NCBI GenBank assembly: GCA_024635765.1
Contig: JAGXIE010000148.1
Span: forward strand, 4,074-68,073
Source of the DNA: Flavobacteriaceae bacterium
Lineage (GTDB): Bacteria > Bacteroidota > Bacteroidia > Flavobacteriales > Flavobacteriaceae
DNA: 64,000 nt
Direction: 5' to 3'
Shown here piece by piece: positions 50,754-57,895 of the stretch. Position 1 is the stretch's first letter; each line of letters begins with the position of its first letter. The position numbers and the translations under genes were made by a program. The notes below the pieces were generated by a model. It saw nothing but the letters and a program-made list of their open reading frames with translations, had not been told where the DNA came from and ran no database searches.

Positions 50754-53249
50754 TCACGAATAATAATCATCAAGCAGCTCTACAATTAAATATTCAAGAG
50801 CGTCGGAGCAATTATGAACCAAAATACCGTTGGCAAAATACTCGTGCTCATCTTCGACCTGAATATCAAATACTCTTTTTTTATCTATGACTCCTGCGCA
50901 AGCTTGCTCCACATGATCTTCCGCAAGTTTTAACTTTTGCCCATTTATAGATTTCAAACTCTTTATCGCAAACAACGCATTTTCGTTTTTCGTGGTATCG
51001 TTTCTCTTTTCTGGCAATAGCTGTTTGATGTGTGTTCTTGCATCTGTTTGAGCAGAATTTGATATTTGCAATGTGAGTGCTTTCGAACTTACTCCCACAT
51101 TGTAGACACTCAAGTTTTTTTGGGTCGTGGAAAAAAGTGTTTTGAGCGTGTTCTTTATGCCATTCAATACCATCGTCAGAACTGTGCCACTCCATAGCTT
51201 TTGGTTGTGCAAGTTCCAGAAGATATTTGGTTGCTTGCTTAATCCTCTCTTTTGAATAGTGTTTTTTTGAATGTTGTTTTGGTGTAAGGGCTTCAAGGTT
51301 TTCAATCGTATTGTTTGATTTATCCTCGTCTTTGTGATGGATATGAACACCTTTAGGAATTTTACCATTGTTGAGATACCAAACATATCTGTGAGCAGAT
51401 GTCTTGATTTTTTTACCGTCGATTTTACACCATCCTTTGTAATACAATTCTCCTGTATGGAGGATGAAATTGACACCGTTGATAATCTGTGAAGGGTTTG
51501 GTTTTTCCATGAGATATTATTTTCATCTAATATACAAATAATATCCTCTTGTATCACATCGCAGACCTTTATAAATCCTTTATTTTCAGTAAATATCTTA
51601 TGATCTGGAGTGCATGTGATTTCATGACCGTTCAAGCTGTATGTTTTGACTTCTCGAATACCGTTGTCAAAGACATTTGTCACTTTTTTAAATCCTTTTC
51701 TTGTCAAAACAAGTTCACCTATTTCTATTTCATCGATACGCTTATTTCCGTTGATGGTTGTGATTAGTGTTTCTCCAACAAAGCAATGGCCTAGCTTCTC
51801 ATAGACCACTCCAGTCTCTGGATCCTTGTCCTTTTCCTTTAGCTTTCCATCCAGTCCCTCTTTGAGCCATTGCATATCTGAAATGAGATATTCACAACTT
51901 TCATCGATGATCAGAACAACTGTATATTCTTCGCCATTATAATCGATCTTAAGTTTGCGCTCCAGTATCTTATCTACAAAATCCCTACGGTTCAGAACGT
52001 TCTTGTTCTTGCGTGGTACCTTATCCGATGACCTCGAAATATAATCCGCCAACATTTCCCGAACCTTGTCAAACTGGGTGAAATCACCGCTCCCTGCCTG
52101 ACGATAATCCCCTGAAGCATCCCCATAGAAGTAAAGCATTGGATCGTCATGCTCATAATCGCCCAAAAACCTACGGCAAAGCGCCTCTGTCGAGTTCGAT
52201 GGGCTTGAAAGGCAGTATTCCCTGAATATCCGTATCTGGAATTCTTTGACATCATCCACATACTCGACTTGTGCGCACTCCAAGGTCATGTAAGGTTTGG
52301 AGTTGAAATCGAAAGTCAGGTGTATCGGTATTGATTTGTTGTATGTTACTTTTTCGACGTGAATAAGCTCACTGAAATTTCTATAGAACGAATCCCCTGT
52401 CCGTGCAAACGGATAACCGTAAACGAATTTCAATGCTTCACCTTCTGACAGTTGGGCTATTCGATTATCGATATAACCTTTTGAGAGATTATGGGCGTTG
52501 TGGAAAGTAGAAGAGATGGTAATCGACTGGCTGTCGTTTTCCATGTGGAAATACGTCTTTGGGTTGGTCACTTTTTTCAGTATCTCCTCCTGAAAGTCTT
52601 TCAAGTGAAACATATCGGTCAGCCATTTGACCACTCCTATCGATGGTGAAGTGTTTATGATGCAAGGGTTCCAGGCGATGTAATCTTCTGGGTTTTCAAC
52701 GTCATCGATGTAATCAATCTGCAAGGTGTCCTTGTGGTAAACGAATCCAGGCTGTGACAGACGTGCAAGGATTACGGCTTTGAGCGCCTCTTCTTTCGTG
52801 TCCTTCGTTTCATCGAGCAAGGCCCATCCGATGTTCTTACCATCGTGTGCGATGTAGTTGACCAGTGAGGCGGTGAATATGATGCCTCCATTCTCAAAAC
52901 TTATGATGCCGTGGTAATTATCAAACTTCTCAAGCTTTGTAAAGTGTTCCGGTGGTTGGAGGCCATAGACATAGTTGCCTCTTGGATTGCCTTTTTTATC
53001 GTACTGGGTCATTCCGTAGATGGATTTCCATACTTTCTTTATTTCCCTCATGGTGGTCTGGGTGAGCTGCATGTGGGTGTTTGCTGCGATCATTCCAGCT
53101 ATCTTTGGAGCGTTGAGGACGTACATGCCAGACTGGAAGCCCATGAGATATGTTTTACCTGACCTTTGCCCTGCCATGTTGAGCGTCAACTGTTTTCGGC
53201 TGGTGAGCGTCTTTATCTGTGGGGATGATAGTTCTATTTCGGTTGGCAT
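50754..53249 (-). CDS. terL: Terminase large subunit, intein-containing (506 aa after splicing)
   Basis: Walker A GQRSGKT, Walker B ALLDE, nuclease TFDFN, GDASG, and GH|CSDALEY split by an intein. Confidence 0.92.
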   Translation of the reverse strand: MPTEIELSSPQIKTLTSRKQLTLNMAGQRSGKTYLMGFQSGMYVLNAPKIAGMIAANTHMQLTQTTMREIKKVWKSIYGMTQYDKKGNPRGNYVYGLQPPEHFTKLEKFDNYHGIISFENGGIIFTASLVNYIAHDGKNIGWALLDETKDTKEEALKAVILARLSQPGFVYHKDTLQIDYIDDVENPEDYIAWNPCIINTSPSIGVVKWLTDMFHLKDFQEEILKKVTNPKTYFHMENDSQSITISSTFHNAHNLSKGYIDNRIAQLSEGEALKFVYGYPFARTGDSFYRNFSELIHVEKVTYNKSIPIHLTFDFNSKPYMTLECAQVEYVDDVKEFQIRIFREYCLSSPSNSTEALCRRFLGDYEHDDPMLYFYGDASGDYRQAGSGDFTQFDKVREMLADYISRSSDKVPRKNKNVLNRRDFVDKILERKLKIDYNGEEYTVVLIIDESCEYLISDMQWLKEGLDGKLKEKDKDPETGVVYEKLGHCFVGETLITTINGNKRIDEIEIGELVLTRKGFKKVTNVFDNGIREVKTYSLNGHEITCTPDHKIFTENKGFIKVCDVIQEDIICILDENNISWKNQTLHRLSTVSISSSIQENCITKDGVKSTVKKSRHLLTDMFGISTMVKFLKVFISITKTRINQTIRLKTLKPLHQNNIQKNTIQKRGLSKQPNIFWNLHNQKLWSGTVLTMVLNGIKNTLKTLFSTTQKNLSVYNVGVSSKALTLQISNSAQTDARTHIKQLLPEKRNDTTKNENALFAIKSLKSINGQKLKLAEDHVEQACAGVIDKKRVFDIQVEDEHEYFANGILVHNCSDALEYLIVELLDDYYS
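50811..51785 (-). mobile_element. Intein (325 aa) in TerL
   Basis: Block A CFVGETLITT, block B TCTPDHKIFT, blocks F/G VFDIQVEDEHEYFANGILVHN, +1 Cys. Confidence 0.93.
50881..51510 (-). CDS. HNH endonuclease with C-terminal zinc fingers, nested out of frame in the intein
   Basis: HRYVW...IHHKDEDKSNNTIENLEAL..H; CxxC..CSNRC; CVVC..CGRSC; frame offset 2 relative to terL. Confidence 0.88.
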   Translation of the reverse strand: MEKPNPSQIINGVNFILHTGELYYKGWCKIDGKKIKTSAHRYVWYLNNGKIPKGVHIHHKDEDKSNNTIENLEALTPKQHSKKHYSKERIKQATKYLLELAQPKAMEWHSSDDGIEWHKEHAQNTFFHDPKKLECLQCGSKFESTHIANIKFCSNRCKNTHQTAIARKEKRYHEKRKCVVCDKEFEIYKWAKVKTCGRSCGASLRRSHR

Positions 53250-53260
53250 GGGTTATGCCT

Positions 53261-53665
53261 TTAGGTTTTGCGTTCTGTGATTATCATTTCGACCTTGCCC
53301 ATTGAGAGTGGCTTGTCTTGATTTCCTGAAATCTCTAAAAGTTGAGGAGCTTTAACCCCGATGATGTCGGCAATCTCTTTTAAAATGTTTTTACACTCTT
53401 TAAAATCCTCAATGTCATAGCTTTGTTGATAAAGATGATAGTATTGTGAAATTATCTCACTACGCTTGATGTCTATCTCTACCTGCTGGTCTTTAGTGAA
53501 GATTTCACGAGCCTTAACGATGTATTTATCAATCATCCTGTCAGAAATCTTGTATTTTGCACAATATTGAATGATTTGCTTTCTTTGAAATCCTTGTAAG
53601 AGCAGTCCATAGACGAAGGTCGTCCGTTTTTGCATTTCTGAACTATCTGACTTAAATTTTGCCAT
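53261..53665 (-). CDS. Terminase small subunit
   Basis: HTH-like N-terminus, LEISG tail; directly upstream of terL. Confidence 0.7.
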   Translation of the reverse strand: MAKFKSDSSEMQKRTTFVYGLLLQGFQRKQIIQYCAKYKISDRMIDKYIVKAREIFTKDQQVEIDIKRSEIISQYYHLYQQSYDIEDFKECKNILKEIADIIGVKAPQLLEISGNQDKPLSMGKVEMIITERKT

Positions 53666-53668
53666 TTT

Positions 53669-53779
53669 TTAGAACGGAACTCCAGTGAAATTTGCTCTTT
53701 GTCTCAATCTTCGCATTCCTGCGGCTGTTGTGCCTCTATTGTTGTTGATGTTGGAATATCCTTCGCTACCACTTGCCAT
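53669..53779 (-). CDS. Small basic peptide (36 aa) overlapping the PLD gene
   Basis: Hand translation MASGSEGYSNINNNRGTTAAGMRRLRQRANFTGVPF; stop 3 nt before the terS start. Confidence 0.45.
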   Translation of the reverse strand: MASGSEGYSNINNNRGTTAAGMRRLRQRANFTGVPF

Positions 53780-54444
53780 AATTCTTTAGATTTAATTGAT
53801 TTGTTTATTGTTTTGTATCTCTCTAAAATATTTTTGAAATAGAACTGATTAAAGTCATAGATTTCTTTTGAATCTTCAATCACAAACTGCTCCAGGTTGT
53901 CGGAGCTTCTTAAATTAGCGCTTCCATGCATCACAATGAACTTACCACCTTCGGTTTCCATTTGATAGATTTTGGTATGCGTTCTACATACGGCCAATTG
54001 AAACCTATCTTCGTGATCTAGTTTTTCATAGGCGTATTTGATTAGGTTTGATATTTCGTGAGAGTAGAAATAATCACTTACAATCAAATTCAGTTTTTCG
54101 ATATACCCAGCATCTATCAAGTTTTTTAAACTATCAACGTTATCCTGATTCATGGACAAAGTTGAAAGGGTAATCTCTTTTACCAGAATGTTATGATTCA
54201 CGATAAAAGCCTCAATAAAATCGCCGAATATAAAACTACCATCAACCACAACAAACACTCGGTCAAGTGCTTTAAAATCTAAATCTTTTGCGAGTTTCTC
54301 TGCATTTTTATACTTCAGGCGTTTGTAAGGGATTGAATTGTCTTTTTTTGGCTTGATGTATCTGGATGTACTTCTTGAGCCTTTGAGCTTAAAGTCTGAA
54401 TGGTTTTTATTAAAATTATTTGCTATTTCGTTAAAGTCCCTCAT
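53704..54444 (-). CDS. Phospholipase D-fold (HxK...GSANL) nuclease-like protein
   Basis: RTHTKIY...HGSANLRSSDNLEQ. Confidence 0.75.
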   Translation of the reverse strand: MRDFNEIANNFNKNHSDFKLKGSRSTSRYIKPKKDNSIPYKRLKYKNAEKLAKDLDFKALDRVFVVVDGSFIFGDFIEAFIVNHNILVKEITLSTLSMNQDNVDSLKNLIDAGYIEKLNLIVSDYFYSHEISNLIKYAYEKLDHEDRFQLAVCRTHTKIYQMETEGGKFIVMHGSANLRSSDNLEQFVIEDSKEIYDFNQFYFKNILERYKTINKSIKSKELWQVVAKDIPTSTTIEAQQPQECED

Positions 54445-54448
54445 CGTT

Positions 54449-54478
54449 CAAATTTAGTAAAAAGAAATCAATAATTTC
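54449..54478 (-). promoter_or_regulatory. Phage late-promoter motif copy 4
   Basis: GAAATTATTGATTTC + T-tract + TAAATTTG, 4 nt before the ATG at 54444. Confidence 0.65.
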
Positions 54479-54568
54479 ATTTTTGTTTTAAAATAGCCCT
54501 TAAATCGTTCGAAAATTGATTGTAGGTCAAAGCCGTATATCTCAAAACTGTCCGTCCAAGTTTTTGCT

Positions 54569-55399
54569 TCATAAGTTTATATTGCCCAATGGTGATTGAA
54601 TCTGACTGATTCTGTTATGCGAAATATGGGTGTACATCATAGTGGTCTTTACGGTTTTATGTCCGGCCAATAGCTGTATCAAATTGATGTCCACTCCAGC
54701 CTCGACCATATGAGTAAATGAGTTGTGCCTCATTAAATGTGTGTAAACCCTTTTACTGATTCCTGCTTTTAATGCCAACTGTTTCATAACTTGATTCACA
54801 CTTGTGGATGAATATTGGTCTGAAAACTGACCATCCAGAACATAGGTCTCTGTCTCGTATTTTCGGTAGTATTTTTCTAGTAGCTTAACCAGTTCTGGCG
54901 CCAATGGAACCTGTCTGTCTTTTTTGCCCTTACCCTGAATGATGTTTATGACTTTTCTTGACCTATCAATGTGTGACCATTTAAGATTTATGAGTTCTGA
55001 TACTCTCATGCCGGTTGCGTAAAGTAAAGCCAGGATGGTTTTGTGTTTTATATTCTCACAGACATCAAACATTCTCTGAACTTCATCCTGTGAAAGAACG
55101 ATAGGAAGTTTTTTGTCCGATTTTGGATAAGGTATCTTTTGTATTTTGGAAGGCATTCCAACGGTTATTTTATAAAAGCTGTTGATCGCGCACAATCTAT
55201 GTTTCCTTGAGTTTATGGTCTTTGCCTCCAGAAGCCAATCCTTGATCTTGTCGTTAGGAATGGATTTTGGCTCTACCTCATTACTGAAATGAGTTAGAAA
55301 CGACTTCACTTGACTTTTATAGTTCTCGATTGTTGCTTTAGAGCTATAAACCAGTTGTAGGTCTCTCGAATAGTTGTCTAGATGTTTTCGAATATTCAT
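54569..55399 (-). CDS. Second tyrosine recombinase (Xer/IntI-like, no IntI insertion) adjoining the cassette array
   Basis: YATGMRVSE, GKGKKDR, HLMRH, LAGH, TMMYTH; SAM-like N-terminus; no arm-binding domain. Confidence 0.92.
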   Translation of the reverse strand: MNIRKHLDNYSRDLQLVYSSKATIENYKSQVKSFLTHFSNEVEPKSIPNDKIKDWLLEAKTINSRKHRLCAINSFYKITVGMPSKIQKIPYPKSDKKLPIVLSQDEVQRMFDVCENIKHKTILALLYATGMRVSELINLKWSHIDRSRKVINIIQGKGKKDRQVPLAPELVKLLEKYYRKYETETYVLDGQFSDQYSSTSVNQVMKQLALKAGISKRVYTHLMRHNSFTHMVEAGVDINLIQLLAGHKTVKTTMMYTHISHNRISQIQSPLGNINL

Positions 55400-55464
55400 A
55401 TTGAGTGTATTGATTTTATTGGTTGTTTAAAGTGTTTTGTACATATAAGTGTTAGCAACAATGC

Positions 55465-55800
55465 TTACATTTCGTACTCAATCCTAACTTTTCGCACACT
55501 ACCATCGGCAAGCAAAGCATTTTTTCTATGTTCTAGTAGGTCATTTGCTACTGTCCAAGTGTCCAAGCTATAATCAGAGTATTGTACTGAATGCTTTGCT
55601 TTCCTGCGCTGGGCTTCATTCAATATTTCTTCCATACTTGTCGCACAGTTGCTAACACGTGGTATAAATAATTGCTCCGTTTTGTACTTCTCAAGCATAT
55701 TCGCTAATTTTAAGAAATCTAAAGGGCTTATTTTAAACTGTTCGTCCTTTGGCAGAGATAATATCCAATCTGCTATCTTATTTAATTTTTCTACTTCCAT
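55465..55800 (-). CDS. Cassette ORF fused across a recombination-site arm
   Basis: The QLFIPRVSNC segment is encoded by the 55648-55675 arm. Confidence 0.65.
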   Translation of the reverse strand: MEVEKLNKIADWILSLPKDEQFKISPLDFLKLANMLEKYKTEQLFIPRVSNCATSMEEILNEAQRRKAKHSVQYSDYSLDTWTVANDLLEHRKNALLADGSVRKVRIEYEM

Positions 55801-55864
55801 TTTATAATATTTTTAGTTAATTAATACGCAACTATTCATACCACATCTACGTTACCTACAAGTG

Positions 55865-57016
55865 CTATGTTCCTGTTTCACTCAAAGGTTCGTGCTTCAA
55901 TTCCGTAATAACATTTTTTTCTTCCCTCGCTTTTTTAAAAGGTAAATATTGGAAGATGTGTTCTATAATTGGCAAAGTCCAACCATCACCCAAAAGTGAA
56001 GCTGCTTTGTTTCTACTCAATATATCGCAATGGTTATCGGGAAAGCCTTGTAATCTGCAAAGCTCAATCTTGTTTAACATTCTCACTTGATTGTCTTTTA
56101 ACACATATAGAGGTTCATTTCCTTGCAATAAACAAGGTGCTTTTCCTTTTGTTACTCGTCCTCGTCTTGTTGTGCTACTTGGAAATGATAGGTTTAAACA
56201 ATCTTCTTCAGTTAAAATATCATAGCCTTTTACTGTATTGGTTTTAACTCTGACTTCATCTTCAACCAAATAAACAATAGTATTAAAATCCTTAACATAT
56301 CGTTTTTTTAAACTTTCTTGGCTTGTAGTCATTCTACTTTCACTTTCTAAAATACAATTTGCTTTTTCTTTATCAGTCCAACCGTCAGTAATAATATCAA
56401 TCAACTTTATATTTAAGTCTTTAGGTTCTGTAATATCTGTAACTAAATCCCCAAACATTCCCTCTTGTTTTGTTTTTGCATTAGTCCAATAATATCTATC
56501 TCTTAATTGTGCAGTAAGCAAACTACTATTAAACCTTACAGGATAAACGCCCATTGCCCTGCTCATTATACCAATATCTTCTTTTGGTGCAGATCCAACG
56601 TTTTCTTGGAAGAAAATTACATTTGGGTTTAATTTTTTAATATGATTGTATATTTCAATAAATTTCCAAAACAAACCGCTATTACTTCCGTTAATTCCTT
56701 TACGCTTTCCTGCAATACTTAAATCTTTACAAGGCGAGCCACTTAAAAGCAAATCAATACTTTTCCAATCAATATCCCATTCACGCCAATTATTTACATC
56801 GCCTAATTGTATTGTTTCCGGATAGTGATATTGTGTCAATTCTATTGCGTAAGGTTTCAGCTCGCTACTGTAATAATTATTTACTTTAATTCCTACGTTA
56901 TCAAGTGCCGTATGTCCAGTACTCATTCCGTTAAAAAGAGAAAGCACATTAATTCCTTGGCTTCCTTTGTCAGCCATTTGCCCTCGCTCAAAAATGTTAT
57001 TACTATGTTCGTTCAT
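55865..57016 (-). CDS. C5-cytosine DNA methyltransferase (cassette cargo)
   Basis: SLFNG (motif I), GSPC (IV), QENV (VI), QLRDRYYW (VIII), RLQGFP (IX), GDGW (X). Confidence 0.92.
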   Translation of the reverse strand: MNEHSNNIFERGQMADKGSQGINVLSLFNGMSTGHTALDNVGIKVNNYYSSELKPYAIELTQYHYPETIQLGDVNNWREWDIDWKSIDLLLSGSPCKDLSIAGKRKGINGSNSGLFWKFIEIYNHIKKLNPNVIFFQENVGSAPKEDIGIMSRAMGVYPVRFNSSLLTAQLRDRYYWTNAKTKQEGMFGDLVTDITEPKDLNIKLIDIITDGWTDKEKANCILESESRMTTSQESLKKRYVKDFNTIVYLVEDEVRVKTNTVKGYDILTEEDCLNLSFPSSTTRRGRVTKGKAPCLLQGNEPLYVLKDNQVRMLNKIELCRLQGFPDNHCDILSRNKAASLLGDGWTLPIIEHIFQYLPFKKAREEKNVITELKHEPLSETGT

Positions 57017-57237
57017 AATTCAAAATTTTGTTCTTTAAAACCGCACCAGATAGGTAACACGGTATATAAAACAGCTTGAAAAAAGCCGTTCCATATACCT
57101 ATTCGTTATCTACAAGCGCACAAACTTTGTGCTTTTTAAAATTATTAAGCCGTGCGCCAGTAGATAACACGTAATATAAAAAATTGCTTTAGGTCAGTTC
57201 TCTTTAATTAAGGTCAATGCTTAATTGAAGAAAAAAA

Positions 57238-57447
57238 CTATCCGTTTCCAGTAAAGCAAGCAACACATAATTTTGGTTCGCTTTTTTTTCCAAACTTTAA
57301 GTCAATTTCAGTCATTATTTTTTTACAATGGCTACATCTTTCAGAGCTATATGCTAATTCACTTAATTTATTTAAAGCATCTAAAGTTTCATCGCTAACA
57401 CTTTCGTCAACTCTTGCAGTTCCGTATTTTAATTTAACTCTTGCCAT
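57238..57447 (-). CDS. Small zinc-finger protein in a hairpin loop (start MARVK, 69 aa)
   Basis: CSHC...CVAC; start and stop codons both abut an 11-bp inverted repeat. Confidence 0.6.
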   Translation of the reverse strand: MARVKLKYGTARVDESVSDETLDALNKLSELAYSSERCSHCKKIMTEIDLKFGKKSEPKLCVACFTGNG

Positions 57448-57512
57448 AGTTTTTTTTAGTAGCATATTAAAATGTTCTGTTCTTAATCGGCAACACGTCT
57501 TATACCTATTCG

Positions 57513-57674
57513 TTATAAGTGATCAGTTTCTACTTCGGTCCAATCTTTGCCGTTTACGGTCATAAGATGATTTACATTATCAAATGCAGTTCCACCTTCC
57601 ATTGGGAATTTATCTTCATCGCACCAATGAGTAAAAAATGGTGCGGAATTTGTTGGTATAATTAAGTATTGCAT
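57513..57674 (-). CDS. Small phage protein (53 aa) whose stop lies in the last cassette core
   Basis: Hand translation MQYLIIPTNSAPFFTHWCDEDKFPMEGG...VETDHL. Confidence 0.55.
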   Translation of the reverse strand: MQYLIIPTNSAPFFTHWCDEDKFPMEGGTAFDNVNHLMTVNGKDWTEVETDHL

Positions 57675-57676
57675 AT

Positions 57677-57850
57677 CTACTGTTTTTTAAACTCCTTGAA
57701 TTCCTTGTGATAATCTTCACGACCCATACAGCAAATTGCTTCAGTGACATTCTTAAAGCCTTTTAACTTTATAAAATCATACGCAAGTGTGTTGTTAGAA
57801 GCCCTGCTCCAAGATCTTTTGGTTAATGTATTTCCGACTGTGTTTTTCAT
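57677..57850 (-). CDS. Small phage protein (57 aa), paralogue of 58904..59089
   Basis: Hand translation MKNTVGNTLTKRSWSRASNNTLAYDFIKLKGFKNVTEAICCMGREDYHKEFKEFKKQ. Confidence 0.7.
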   Translation of the reverse strand: MKNTVGNTLTKRSWSRASNNTLAYDFIKLKGFKNVTEAICCMGREDYHKEFKEFKKQ

Positions 57851-57895
57851 ATCGTTTAAACCTATTTTTAGTTAATTGAATTTTGAAAGGGTATT

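Larger units (their letters stand above)
55451..57519 (+). mobile_element. Integron-like array of three hairpin-delimited cassettes
   Basis: GTTA cores at 55451, 55851, 57105 and 57512; TAACACG at 55653, 57055 and 57165; each GTTA flank is the reverse complement of the next TAAC flank. Confidence 0.8.

Noticed and set aside
50881-51510. terL as a frameshifted pseudogene
   Set aside because: The terL frame is continuous through both intein ends to the conserved C-terminal motif. A single indel cannot give two long open frames.
54569-55399. Calling the second recombinase a canonical integron integrase (intI) or host xerC/xerD
   Set aside because: It lacks the IntI-specific insertion before the HxxR box, and it lies inside a prophage next to a cassette array rather than in a housekeeping context.
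55451-57519. CRISPR array or simple terminators as the explanation for the repeats
   Set aside because: Spacing is irregular (about 60-1200 bp), units contain ORFs, no cas genes are present, and the arms lack GC stems with U-tracts.
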